From: Patescibacteria group bacterium
GTDB lineage: Bacteria; Patescibacteriota; Microgenomatia; UBA8517
Length of the DNA stretch: 64,000 nucleotides
Direction: 5' to 3'
Assembly (NCBI GenBank): GCA_035260845.1
Contig: DATFUL010000002.1
Coordinates: 7,033-71,032, forward strand
Below the pieces are notes generated by a model that was not told where the DNA came from, did not search any database, and was given only the letters and a program-made list of their open reading frames with translations. Position numbers and translations under genes: made by a program. Below, piece after piece: positions 37,148-46,370 of the stretch (positions are counted from its first letter, which is position 1; each line of letters begins with the position of its first letter).

Positions 37148-37154
37148 GCTAAAA

Positions 37155-37451
37155 ATGGCAAAACTTAACTTAAAACCGACCGCAGGCTATCTTCTTATTG
37201 AGCCTTTAGAAAAAGAAACAAAAACAGCTTCCGGAATTTATTTACCTGATAACGCCGGTGAAAAACCACAAAAAGGAAAAGTACTAGCAACTGGTGGAGC
37301 ACTTCTTTCTGATGGTCATAAAATTGAAGCACCGGCAAAAGTTAACGACACAGTTCTTTACAAAAAATGGGGCGGAAACGAAGTCAAAATCGAAGGCAAA
37401 GAATATTTATTTGTTAAGTTTGAGGATGTTTTGGCAGTAGAAGAAAAATAA
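37155..37451 (+). CDS. groES: co-chaperonin GroES
   Basis: 98 aa. LKPTAGYLLIEPLEKETKTASGIYLPDNAGEKPQKGKVLATG...VLYKKWGGNEVKIEGKEYLFV. Confidence 0.95.
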   Translation: MAKLNLKPTAGYLLIEPLEKETKTASGIYLPDNAGEKPQKGKVLATGGALLSDGHKIEAPAKVNDTVLYKKWGGNEVKIEGKEYLFVKFEDVLAVEEK

Positions 37452-37452
37452 T

Positions 37453-37692
37453 ATGGCTTTAACAGAAACTTTATTAGATTTACAACAAACTTTTGACTTG
37501 ACACCTAAAGAAGCGATTGCTGTGGCTACAGTTAGAAGCGGTCAAACAACATCTATAAATGCTCACCTAAAGGGTCAAGAACTAAAAGGGTTAGATGCTC
37601 AGGTGGCAAGAGTTGCTAATACAAATCTCTACAGATCTGCCTTAAACAAAATCAATCAGAAAAATACAGAAGTAGAATCAGTCGATTATTAA
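37453..37692 (+). CDS. small hypothetical protein inserted between groES and groEL
   Basis: 79-aa ORF packed with 1-2 nt gaps on both sides (groES stop 37451, groEL start 37695). No motif. Reality uncertain. Confidence 0.4.
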   Translation: MALTETLLDLQQTFDLTPKEAIAVATVRSGQTTSINAHLKGQELKGLDAQVARVANTNLYRSALNKINQKNTEVESVDY

Positions 37693-37694
37693 AT

Positions 37695-39320
37695 ATGGCT
37701 AAACAATTAAAATTTTCTAAAGACGCAAGGAAAGCCTTATTAAAAGGTATCGATACTGTTGCTAAAGCAGTTGTAACTACACTTGGGCCAAAAGGTAGGA
37801 ACATCGCTTTAGACAAGAAATGGGGAGCTCCAAATATAGTTCATGACGGAGTTTCCGTTGCCAAAGAAATTGATTTACCAGATCCATTCGAAAACATGGG
37901 TGCCCAGCTTGTTAAAGAAGCCGCCAGTAAAACCAACGATAACGCGGGGGATGGAACCACAACTTCAACTCTTCTTGCCCAAGTAATCACTCAAAAAGGT
38001 ATGGCTAAAATTGACTCAGGCGCAAACCCAATGATTGTTAAAAAAGGAATTGAAAAAGCGGTTGAAGCAGTTACCTTGGAGCTTAAAAGAATGGCTAAGC
38101 CTATTAAAGGCAAAGAAGAAATAGGCCAAGTGGCTACAATTTCTGCAGGGGACACAATAATTGGAAGTAAAATCGCAGAAGCCCTTGATAAAGTAGGCCG
38201 CGATGGAGTTGTAACAGTTGAAGAAGGCAAAGGTTTAACAATCGATATTGAATACAAAGAAGGCATGGAATTTGACCGTGGTTATGCTTCAGCTTACTTT
38301 GTAACAAATGCGGATAAAATGGAGGCAGAACTTGATAATCCATATATTTTACTAACCGACAAGAAAATCACTTCGATTCAGGATATGCTTCCCTTCCTTG
38401 AAAAATTCGTAAAAGTCAGTAAAAACCTTGTAATTATTGCTGATGAAATAGAAGGAGAAGCCTTGGCTACCCTTGTTGTAAATAAACTTAAAGGAACATT
38501 TAACACTTTAGCCATAAAGGCACCCGGGTTTGGTGATAGGCGTAAAGAAATGCTTGAAGATGTTGCAATTCTTACAGGTGCAACTGTAATAAGTGAAGAT
38601 ACAGGTATGACTTTTGAATCAATTGAGGTAACTGATTTGGGTCGTGCCGAAAAAGTCTGGGCCGATAAAGACAATGCCAGAATAATCGGCGGTAAAGGTG
38701 AGAAAAAGGCAATTGATTCCAGAGTTGAGTCAATCAAAAAGCAAATTAAAGCATCTGATAGTGACTTTGATAAAGAAAAATTTGAAGAAAGATTAGCTAA
38801 ACTTGCGGGTGGAGTTGCCGTAATTAACGTTGGTGCAGCAACTGAAGTTGAGCTAAATGATAAAAAAGAAAGAGTAAAGGATGCAGTTGGGGCTACAAAA
38901 GCAGCAGTTGAGGAAGGAATAGTCCCAGGAGGGGAAACAGCACTTCTTAGGGCACGTGAGGTACTCAAAAAAGTTAAGGTCGAAAAGGGTGATGAAAAGA
39001 TTGGTCTTGATATAGTTTATGATGCACTCGCTGAGCCAATCCAATGGTTAGCTAAAAATGCAGGGGATGATGAAAAACTGGTTCTTAAAAAAGTAATGGC
39101 CTCAAAAGATAATGATTTTGGCTATAACGCTCTTACTTCCGAATTTGGCTCAATGACCAAAATGGGAATTATTGACCCTGTAAAAGTTACCAGAAGCGCA
39201 CTTCAGAATGCCGCAAGTGTAGCCATGATGGTTTTAACCACCGAAGGATTGGTAACAGACATTCCAGAACCAAAGGCCCCTCCAATGCCACAAGGCGGAA
39301 TGGGTGGAATGGATTATTAA
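37695..39320 (+). CDS. groEL: chaperonin GroEL
   Basis: 541 aa. [60 protein letters not shown]...[12 protein letters not shown]...C-terminal GGMGGMDY. Confidence 0.97.
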   Translation: MAKQLKFSKDARKALLKGIDTVAKAVVTTLGPKGRNIALDKKWGAPNIVHDGVSVAKEIDLPDPFENMGAQLVKEAASKTNDNAGDGTTTSTLLAQVITQKGMAKIDSGANPMIVKKGIEKAVEAVTLELKRMAKPIKGKEEIGQVATISAGDTIIGSKIAEALDKVGRDGVVTVEEGKGLTIDIEYKEGMEFDRGYASAYFVTNADKMEAELDNPYILLTDKKITSIQDMLPFLEKFVKVSKNLVIIADEIEGEALATLVVNKLKGTFNTLAIKAPGFGDRRKEMLEDVAILTGATVISEDTGMTFESIEVTDLGRAEKVWADKDNARIIGGKGEKKAIDSRVESIKKQIKASDSDFDKEKFEERLAKLAGGVAVINVGAATEVELNDKKERVKDAVGATKAAVEEGIVPGGETALLRAREVLKKVKVEKGDEKIGLDIVYDALAEPIQWLAKNAGDDEKLVLKKVMASKDNDFGYNALTSEFGSMTKMGIIDPVKVTRSALQNAASVAMMVLTTEGLVTDIPEPKAPPMPQGGMGGMDY

Positions 39321-39322
39321 AA

Positions 39323-39520
39323 ATGGAAAGAGATCCAAAAAGAAACGAAAAAAGAGTTAGAAAACTTCACCTTCCAAAAGCCGCTAGAGAGATAATTAAA
39401 GATATTTTAGATACAAAAGATATTGCTCGTGGTTACGGCAAGGTGCATGGAATTGGTGGTACTCCTCAGACAGGTGCTAATACAGTTGTTAGAACCGGGT
39501 TAATAGATCATACAATATAA
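39323..39520 (+). CDS. small basic hypothetical protein immediately downstream of groEL
   Basis: 65-aa ORF starting 2 nt after the groEL stop. MERDPKRNEKRVRKLHLPKAAREII... No motif. Confidence 0.3.
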   Translation: MERDPKRNEKRVRKLHLPKAAREIIKDILDTKDIARGYGKVHGIGGTPQTGANTVVRTGLIDHTI

Positions 39521-39553
39521 CCCCCTCTTGTTTTATAATCTTCATTAAAAAAA

Positions 39554-40216
39554 CTAAGCCTGTTGTGCTTTTGAGGGTTCTTGGTAAACAAAAATAGGCA
39601 AAGCCCTATCATACTGTCGTTGTGTAGTAAATTTTTCCCAGAAGTGGGCTACGTACCTTGGGGCAAATTTTGTGTGAACACCAACTAAACTGGATGACAT
39701 ATCAATAACATTTCCAGTCTTCGTTCTTGACTTTGTTGGTAGAAGTTCATTCCGGTGACCATTTGATTCAGTTAGGTCTACTAAGATTGGGGCCTCTTTT
39801 ATCATTTTTTCGTATAAAGTCGAATAAATATTTGCATATGTAGTTGCATTGCCCAAAATAGCACTCACGCCTTTAATATTTAGACTTTTTCCTGATTCTG
39901 CCACTAATTCCTCCATTTGATCAGCAGTTTTTGGTTCATGCCAACTAACCCTAACCAAGTTTTTTAGTACTGCAACTTGGCCTGATAGAGAAGTTTCTTC
40001 ATCTAGAGAGTCTGTATAATCTTCAATATCCTTTTCTTTTTTAATAAAATTCTCAGGCAACAGAGTGATTCCTTTTAAGTCCTTCATTTGTTCAGGTCTA
40101 AGAGTTATAAACCAATAATTGTCTCCCATTTTCTCCTTTATTTCCTTGGGAAAAACCCCGTATTGCTCAACGGGCTTCTTTTGCTCTACATTTGGCTGTG
40201 AAAGGGGTACTTCCAT
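39554..40216 (-). CDS. hypothetical protein
   Basis: 220-aa ORF. No recognisable motif. Confidence 0.45.
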   Translation of the reverse strand: MEVPLSQPNVEQKKPVEQYGVFPKEIKEKMGDNYWFITLRPEQMKDLKGITLLPENFIKKEKDIEDYTDSLDEETSLSGQVAVLKNLVRVSWHEPKTADQMEELVAESGKSLNIKGVSAILGNATTYANIYSTLYEKMIKEAPILVDLTESNGHRNELLPTKSRTKTGNVIDMSSSLVGVHTKFAPRYVAHFWEKFTTQRQYDRALPIFVYQEPSKAQQA

Positions 40217-40251
40217 TTTAAGTAAGTTGATTATATCATCAGCTTTAATGC

Positions 40252-40848
40252 ATGTGGAAAAATGCTGAGAAATTTCTTCTAAAAGATAAATATATTGGCC
40301 CTTTAATTAAAACTTGGGGACACTGCACCATAAAATTTCGACCTCACAAAGACTATTTTGGGCACATTGCCGGGAACATTATTGGTCAACAGCTTTCGGG
40401 CAAAGTTGCCGACGTTATTGAGGGAAGATTTATTAAAGCCGTAGGTGGAAAAGTAACTCCAGACTCCATTCTAAAAGTAGATGGTCAAAAACTGCGTGAT
40501 TGCGGGATGAGTTGGGGAAAGGTGTCATATGTTAAGGACTTGGCTGAAAAAACCAAGTCAGGTGAGCTTCAAACTAAAAAACTAGCAAACCTCACAGATA
40601 GTGAAGTGATAAAGGAACTTGTTGCAGTCAAAGGAATTGGTGGTTGGACGGCCGAAATGTTTTTAATGTTTTCTTTGGCCCGCCCCGATATTTTCCCTGT
40701 AGCGGACTTAGGTATTAAGAAAGGATTTGAGAAAGTAACCGGCAAAAAGTGGAACAAAATAAACTCTCCTAAATTTGCAGAAAAAACCTGGAAGCCTTAT
40801 AGAACTGTGGCCTCGTGGTATTTATGGCGTAGTCTCGAAAACAGGTAA
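40252..40848 (+). CDS. HhH-GPD superfamily DNA glycosylase (DNA-3-methyladenine glycosylase II / AlkA-like)
   Basis: 198 aa. FGHIAGNIIGQQLSGKVADVI...LVAVKGIGGWTAEMFLMFSLARPDIFPVADLGIKKG shows the helix-hairpin-helix with GIG and catalytic Asp (ADLG). Confidence 0.7.
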   Translation: MWKNAEKFLLKDKYIGPLIKTWGHCTIKFRPHKDYFGHIAGNIIGQQLSGKVADVIEGRFIKAVGGKVTPDSILKVDGQKLRDCGMSWGKVSYVKDLAEKTKSGELQTKKLANLTDSEVIKELVAVKGIGGWTAEMFLMFSLARPDIFPVADLGIKKGFEKVTGKKWNKINSPKFAEKTWKPYRTVASWYLWRSLENR

Positions 40849-41589
40849 TTACCTAGGTAAGACCGAAAGGGGGTTAAGTGGAATTCCGTTTTGTCTAATT
40901 TCCAAATGCAAATGAGGGCCGGTTGAATGCCCCGTAATACCAACTTTACCAATTTCAGTCTCAGTTGTTACGTAGTCGCCAATTTTGACCTCAATTTTAC
41001 TTAAGTGGGCATACCTAGAAGTTAATCCCTTGCCATGGTCAATTAAAACAGTGTTTCCGTAGCCATCTGTTTCGTAGCCAGCTTCGATTACATCTCCAGA
41101 TTTGATAGCCATAATCTCTGTTCCAACTTCTGCTCCAAGGTCAAGTCCAGGGTGAAAAATACTAAATCCCTGATTAATTTTAATTTCAGCAAAAGGGTAT
41201 TGGATTGCCTTTTCGGTTTTAAGGGTGTTTTGAGTTTCAATAATGGCTTGGTCAGTGGTCACGTTTTGTGCCTGGGCGTTAAGTTGGCTTGACGGAAATA
41301 CTGTACCAATAATTGCTAAGGCCGCCATATTGGTAGCCACAAGTCTTTTGGTGCTTTTATGTTCGCTCATGTGCCTGGCAATTTTTCCCAATAATGTACC
41401 ACTCCTATACTTTTTGTTGATTATTGAAGCTGTAGGCACGAATGGCTCTTCCACAAGAGGTTTGCGCCTTTTAACTAGCTTCGCATGAAGCACAAGGCGG
41501 AACTTTGGCAGTTCAAGGCTAAATTTACGCATATAACCCCGAGAACTCAGGGTTTGGTCCGTTCCTTGCCACTTGGCTTGGTCAGGCAT
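40849..41589 (-). CDS. M23-family metallopeptidase (LytM-like peptidoglycan endopeptidase)
   Basis: 246 aa. HPGLDLGAEVGTEIMAIKSGDVIEAGYETDGYGNTVLIDHGKGLTSRYAHLS...GHSTGPHLHLEI carries HxxxD and HxH motifs. Confidence 0.85.
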   Translation of the reverse strand: MPDQAKWQGTDQTLSSRGYMRKFSLELPKFRLVLHAKLVKRRKPLVEEPFVPTASIINKKYRSGTLLGKIARHMSEHKSTKRLVATNMAALAIIGTVFPSSQLNAQAQNVTTDQAIIETQNTLKTEKAIQYPFAEIKINQGFSIFHPGLDLGAEVGTEIMAIKSGDVIEAGYETDGYGNTVLIDHGKGLTSRYAHLSKIEVKIGDYVTTETEIGKVGITGHSTGPHLHLEIRQNGIPLNPLSVLPR

Positions 41590-41666
41590 GTAAAAACCCG
41601 CTATAAAGCGGGCGAGCCGCTATTCTACCTTAATTTAGGCTCAAAAGTCAAGTTTCCTGGAGTGCT

Positions 41667-42101
41667 TTAGAATTTGATGTCAAAATTTATAGCAGGGGGT
41701 TTAAGGCGGCTTTCGTTAATATCTAAGTTATTTATTTGAATCTTTAATTTGCTAAGTTTATTTTGTGAATCAATAAGAATATCACCGGATGAACTGGCCT
41801 CTGGAGTATTTTCTATAACAGGAGGTGGGGTAGGTACTGGGGTCATGTTCTGACCAAGATTTTTACGTCCAAAAAGTAATCCCAGAATTATGATTAAAAG
41901 AATAAGGCCAAAAGAAATACTTACAGGCCAAAATATTTTTTTGTTAGAATAGAATTTGTTTAGGCCGCGTATGGCCAAAAGCTTGATTTTTTCAGTTAAA
42001 GATTTTAAATCTGAACCTAGTTTGGGTGTTTCTTGAGGCGGGACATTAACCTGCGGCATAGGAATTGGATTTTGGTTTACGGTTTGATTTTGGTCTATCA
42101 T
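41667..42101 (-). CDS. hypothetical single-pass membrane protein
   Basis: 144 aa. Pro-rich N-terminus, TM (IFWPVSISFGLILLIIILGLLF). Overlaps the next gene. Confidence 0.4.
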   Translation of the reverse strand: MIDQNQTVNQNPIPMPQVNVPPQETPKLGSDLKSLTEKIKLLAIRGLNKFYSNKKIFWPVSISFGLILLIIILGLLFGRKNLGQNMTPVPTPPPVIENTPEASSSGDILIDSQNKLSKLKIQINNLDINESRLKPPAINFDIKF

Positions 42102-42907
42102 TTGATTTGGTTTTGAATGGAATTTAACATTTCGGTCAAATAGTTATTAAGCTGAGAAAGTGGGCTTAAAGAGGCAGAGAGAATTTGTATAGCTTCGTTG
42201 TAAGTGCTTGCAGTTCCAAAATTCTGAGTATATATGGTTTGTATTTTAGTAGCTCCCGAGGCCTCGTTCTTTTTAAGCAACTGAAGAACCGCGTCGGTAT
42301 CGTTTAGCCACCTATTAAATGGGTCGATTTTTAAAGTCCCTTTTGCGACCTGATCGTTAATGTAATTTTTTAGATCTGAGTAGATTTGCTCGTGATCCTT
42401 TCTTATGCCTATTTCTTTACTTAAGCCAATATCAAACAGTGCTTCATCAACAATTGGGGTTGTATTTGTTTCATTCCTGCTTCTACCCTCATCGGCCTTG
42501 TTGAATAGGTCAACAAGTTCATCGCTGTCTTTGTAGTTTGGGATATGGATTTTGTACCAATCAACTTCTGAATCAATTTTGCCAAAAATGGCACCTTTTT
42601 GGCTGTCGTCAAAGCCTGTTGTCTCAACAATTTGTATGCGGAGGGCAGTTAAATAAACAATCATAAGCTGATCACGGTCTTTTAACATTTTTAAAGTTTT
42701 TTGCCGAGCATCCTCTTTAAGCTGGAGTGTGGGGTTAGCCAGATAGAATGTTTTAGCTTCTTGGAAATTTGAATAATCCTCCTGGTATATGCTCAGTTGA
42801 TACTGGTAGTCAGCATAGGCTTTATTGGCATCGAAAGTTTGTGCAACTACCTTGGCAGGAAAAAAGAGAAAAATAACAACGAGGCCAAATAAGGCAGTTT
42901 TCTTCAT
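42098..42907 (-). CDS. hypothetical secreted protein
   Basis: 269 aa with signal peptide MKKTALFGLVVIFLFFPAKVVAQ. No motif. Confidence 0.45.
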   Translation of the reverse strand: MKKTALFGLVVIFLFFPAKVVAQTFDANKAYADYQYQLSIYQEDYSNFQEAKTFYLANPTLQLKEDARQKTLKMLKDRDQLMIVYLTALRIQIVETTGFDDSQKGAIFGKIDSEVDWYKIHIPNYKDSDELVDLFNKADEGRSRNETNTTPIVDEALFDIGLSKEIGIRKDHEQIYSDLKNYINDQVAKGTLKIDPFNRWLNDTDAVLQLLKKNEASGATKIQTIYTQNFGTASTYNEAIQILSASLSPLSQLNNYLTEMLNSIQNQIK

Positions 42908-42950
42908 ACTTATTACATTCTAATCTATTTTAGGCAGTTGTGGTTTCTTG

Positions 42951-43022
42951 AGACCGGAGCGGGAATCGAACCCGCGCATGGAGGTTTTGCAGACCCCAGC
43001 GTTTCCACTTCGCCATCCGGTC
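42951..43022 (-). tRNA. tRNA-Cys (anticodon GCA)
   Basis: Hand-folded minus-strand sequence GACCGGA-UG-GCG-AAGUGGAAA-CGC-U-GGGGU-CUGCAAA-ACCUC-CAUGC-GCGGG-UUCGAUU-CCCGC-UCCGGUC-U. 7-bp acceptor. U8. GG in D-loop. U33 and anticodon GCA. TUCGA T-loop. Discriminator U typical of tRNA-Cys. No encoded CCA. Confidence 0.85.
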
Positions 43023-43108
43023 AGGGATACGCTATTTTACCACGAGGCTTGTCAAAAGCTGAGTGGCAAGCTTGCTTATTATAAATATGGTAAACTCGAG
43101 GCTGGATA

Positions 43109-43978
43109 ATGAAGACGTTAAAAATAGTGTTTGTAGTTCTTGTTACCCTGGCAGTAGTAGTTACAACTGGCTTTTTCTTAATTGGTTATCTTAAACCGAA
43201 GCCGGGTGGGCTTATGGTTGTTACTACACCCACGTCAAGCGTTTACATAAACGGAAAACTTATGGGTAAAAGTCCATACAAGGGCACAGATACCGCAGGC
43301 CAAATCAATCTTAAATTAATACCAGACGTAAGTGATCAAAGTTTAATTCCTTATGAAACAAAGGTTAATTTAGTAGCTGGTATTCAAACCATTGTTAGAC
43401 GTGAATTTGGAACTACAGAGGACGCCTCTTCCGGGGATGTCATTTCTTTTGATAAACAAAGCGGGAACCTTTCTGGCCTTGTGGTTGTTTCAAATCCAGA
43501 TAATTCCCAAATTTTTGTGGATGGTGTAGCTCAGGGTTTTTCTCCTTATAATCTAAACTCTGTTGCTACAGGTTCGCATCAAATTACAGTTAAAGCTGCT
43601 GGGTTTTTGGACCGGACAATGGACGTTAAAACACAAACTGGTTACAAGCTTACTGTCTTTGCCAAATTAGCAAAAACTTCTGAAGTTGAGCCAACACCAA
43701 CTTTAGAGCCAAGCCCTATCCAAACAAGCAAAACTTATATTTTGATTAAAGATACCCCGACTGGATTTTTAAGAATGAGAACGGAACCAGGAGCAAAAGG
43801 TGAGGAAATTGCCGAACTTAAACCCGGCGGTAAATATTTGTTTTTAGAGGCAGATATCACTTCTGGTTGGTTTAAAATCCAATATCAAGACTCGGCTCCT
43901 GGGCTTCCAAACGGGATTGTTGGTTGGGTTTCTAACCAATATGCTGAGATTTCAACAGAGAGTGCAACCTTGAAATAA
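43109..43978 (+). CDS. PEGA-domain protein with C-terminal SH3-like domain, membrane-anchored
   Basis: 289 aa. N-terminal TM. Two PEGA-like repeats (VVTTPTSSVYINGKLMGKSPYKG... and VVSNPDNSQIFVDGVAQGFSPYNLNSVATGSHQITVKAAGF). C-terminal GWVSNQYAEI SH3-like segment. Confidence 0.5.
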   Translation: MKTLKIVFVVLVTLAVVVTTGFFLIGYLKPKPGGLMVVTTPTSSVYINGKLMGKSPYKGTDTAGQINLKLIPDVSDQSLIPYETKVNLVAGIQTIVRREFGTTEDASSGDVISFDKQSGNLSGLVVVSNPDNSQIFVDGVAQGFSPYNLNSVATGSHQITVKAAGFLDRTMDVKTQTGYKLTVFAKLAKTSEVEPTPTLEPSPIQTSKTYILIKDTPTGFLRMRTEPGAKGEEIAELKPGGKYLFLEADITSGWFKIQYQDSAPGLPNGIVGWVSNQYAEISTESATLK

Positions 43979-44947
43979 TTAGGAAGCTCCAGTAACTGAA
44001 ACTCCTGAGTAAAGTACCCAATAAACTAAAATTAACCAAATTGCGACTGTTGTAATTAGAGACTTGTCTGTTAAAAGCAATCTTTCAGGTGTTTCGGATC
44101 TATTTTCAAAAATTAAAGACTCATACCTCATGATTCCAAAAATAGTAACCGGGATTGTAAACATCAAAAGCTTATCTATAGTTGTGGTTCTGCTAAGCTC
44201 GGCGAGAACTAACCAAAAAGGAAGAGTGGCTTTCGGGCTTTCAAAAAATGTAAAAAGAGCCCAACTCATCCAGGAAGCATTGCCAAACATGGTTACGTAA
44301 GAATCTAAAAGTTCTCTTTTATACTCTCCAAGACTTTTCCTTGTCATGGTATTATCTTGACCAACTAAATTTAATTCGGCACGGCGTTTACCTGAGGCTA
44401 AAAATAATGCAACTGAAATTACACAAAGCAGGAACCAAACCGAAAGATGCGCGTTAACTACAAAGGCTCCGGCATAAACTCTAATTACGAATCCGGCAGC
44501 AATTATGACAATATCTACAATTGCTATATTTTTTAATCCTAAGCTATAAAATATTTGCATTAAAATATATCCAAGTACTAAGAAAAAAAATAAAGAATTG
44601 AGATTTGCACTAATAAGGAGTGCAAATAACGCCAAACATACAGCTTCTGTTACTGCAAACCCTAAGGGAAGAGCGCCACTTGCAATTGATCTAAACCTTT
44701 TTGTTGGATGCAGTCTGTCACGTTTTATGTCTAATATGTCATTAATTACATATGTCGCTGAGGTTGCAAAACAGAAGGCAATAAAACCTTGGAAGACCAA
44801 ACTAAACTCTCCCTTATCGAATAGAATTCCAGAAAGGAACACCGCCGCAAAAAGAGATATATTTTTAATCCAATGAATTGGACGAGCTGCTTTAATTGCC
44901 GCCGTAATTAAACTGGTTTTTGGTTTTTTGATCTCTGAGTTAACCAT
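43979..44947 (-). CDS. UbiA-family prenyltransferase (decaprenyl-phosphate phosphoribosyltransferase-like)
   Basis: 322 aa, polytopic. YVINDILDIKRDRLHPTKRFRSIASG contains the exact NDxxDxxxD motif of UbiA-family polyprenyl-phosphate transferases. Confidence 0.65.
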   Translation of the reverse strand: MVNSEIKKPKTSLITAAIKAARPIHWIKNISLFAAVFLSGILFDKGEFSLVFQGFIAFCFATSATYVINDILDIKRDRLHPTKRFRSIASGALPLGFAVTEAVCLALFALLISANLNSLFFFLVLGYILMQIFYSLGLKNIAIVDIVIIAAGFVIRVYAGAFVVNAHLSVWFLLCVISVALFLASGKRRAELNLVGQDNTMTRKSLGEYKRELLDSYVTMFGNASWMSWALFTFFESPKATLPFWLVLAELSRTTTIDKLLMFTIPVTIFGIMRYESLIFENRSETPERLLLTDKSLITTVAIWLILVYWVLYSGVSVTGAS

Positions 44948-45981
44948 AAAATAAATCCACCGAGTACAACTGCCACTCCAACCATTGTATAAATCTTTTG
45001 ACTGGTATTCAAATTAAGTGCAATTATCCCAAGAAATGCCGTTACTGTCCAATAAAAAATAGCAACTTGGCCTTTAGTCAGACCAGCATCAAGAAGTTTA
45101 TGGTGCAAATGATTTCTGTCTCCCCAGACAGGGGATTTACCTTTTAATATCCTATTAACAATAACATAACCTGTATCAATTAAAGGTATTCCAAGAACAA
45201 CAAGAAGAACGCCAACTTTGGCAGTTGCTAGTATTGAAAGAACTCCAAGAAGATAACCAGCAAGAGTACTACCTCCATAACCTGGCATTATTTTTTGGGG
45301 AAAAATATGCCAAGGCAAAAATCCTAAATACGCTCCTCCTGTAATTGCTGCCAAAATAATGATCGGCCACTGAGTAATGTCCGCAGAATATTTAAGTGAA
45401 ATAAGCGCGATTACAAATGCCGCTATTACTGTTACGCCGGAAAGTTGGCCATCGACTCCTTTTGCTCCCATATTAATCATATTCATTAAAAAAGTTACCC
45501 AAAAAATGGCAAACAGGTCGGCAATTAGCCAAATATGATGTGTTATTCCAAAGATTGAAAAAGTTATTTGCGGCTGACTTAAATCAATAACACCACCAAA
45601 AGGATTTGTAATGAAAGCAATACCAATTCCGGCAGCAATTGGAGCACTGGCCGCAACAACTCCGAGTACAAGTCTAAGATATGGGTTCAAATTATATTTA
45701 TCATCAAGCACTCCCATGACCACTAAGATAAGTGCACCCACCAAAATGCCAATTATGTGTTTATCTATTGGCAAGAATATGAGTGTGGCAATTAAAAGGG
45801 CTATGAATATTGGAATTCCACCACCTCTTGGAGTTGGGGTAACATGAATTGTTTTTGGGTGACTGCTTTTTTTTGGGTCGTCTATAATTCCTAATTTTCC
45901 GGCAAATTTAATCACAACAGGAGTTGTTATAAACGATATAGCCATCGAAGTGAGCCAAGGTGGTAAAAAAAGGTTCCACAT
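44908..45981 (-). CDS. glycosyltransferase family 4 polyprenyl-phosphate sugar-1-phosphate transferase (MraY/WecA/TagO-like)
   Basis: 357 aa, about 10 TM. IDDPKKSSHPKTIHVTPTPRGGGIPIF...GVLDDKYNLNPYLRLVLG...HLHHKL matches MraY/WecA signatures. Confidence 0.65.
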   Translation of the reverse strand: MWNLFLPPWLTSMAISFITTPVVIKFAGKLGIIDDPKKSSHPKTIHVTPTPRGGGIPIFIALLIATLIFLPIDKHIIGILVGALILVVMGVLDDKYNLNPYLRLVLGVVAASAPIAAGIGIAFITNPFGGVIDLSQPQITFSIFGITHHIWLIADLFAIFWVTFLMNMINMGAKGVDGQLSGVTVIAAFVIALISLKYSADITQWPIIILAAITGGAYLGFLPWHIFPQKIMPGYGGSTLAGYLLGVLSILATAKVGVLLVVLGIPLIDTGYVIVNRILKGKSPVWGDRNHLHHKLLDAGLTKGQVAIFYWTVTAFLGIIALNLNTSQKIYTMVGVAVVLGGFILWLTQRSKNQKPV

Positions 45982-45984
45982 AAT

Positions 45985-46317
45985 TTAAAAAAATCCAACC
46001 AATAAAATAATCTTCAAGACGGCTACAGTTAAAAGAAATGAGACAAAGGCACTGGAAATTATTAAAGTTTTTTTCAAAAAAAGATCTTTTGTAAAACGGC
46101 AGACAAAAATGTTTAGAAGTACTACGACAATACCAATTGCAGGAACTGTTATAAGCCCGAGAGTTGGTGTCAGTTGTTCACCGCCGCTGGGAAGGCCATA
46201 GAAAAGAGGCACAACAGGAGGAAGGAATGTCTTCAAAGCCAATATAATTAGGATAGAAAGGACATTAATAGCAAAAGAAAAGTAAACATAGCCCTTGTAC
46301 GGTATATTCTTCCACAT
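45985..46317 (-). CDS. small membrane protein, hypothetical
   Basis: 110 aa with 3 TM helices. Located between the GT4 and GT-C genes. Confidence 0.4.
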   Translation of the reverse strand: MWKNIPYKGYVYFSFAINVLSILIILALKTFLPPVVPLFYGLPSGGEQLTPTLGLITVPAIGIVVVLLNIFVCRFTKDLFLKKTLIISSAFVSFLLTVAVLKIILLVGFF

Positions 46318-46370
46318 CCAAGGCCTATTTTACCATTTGCCAAGACAAATGGCCAAGGTTCTCGCGGCAG

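Noticed and set aside
37076-37154. Canonical CIRCE/HrcA operator upstream of groES
   Set aside because: The 9-N9-9 consensus TTAGCACTC-N9-GAGTGCTAA is not present. Only a related hairpin with swapped half-site order and a 3-nt loop is seen (reported as a finding with alternatives).
38378-38968. 196-aa ORF (and 37991..38266, 38134..38343, 38853..39044) antisense within groEL
   Set aside because: These lie entirely inside the high-confidence groEL coding sequence on the opposite strand. They give a Ser/Ala/Leu-rich low-complexity translation typical of antisense frames of a GC-skewed gene.
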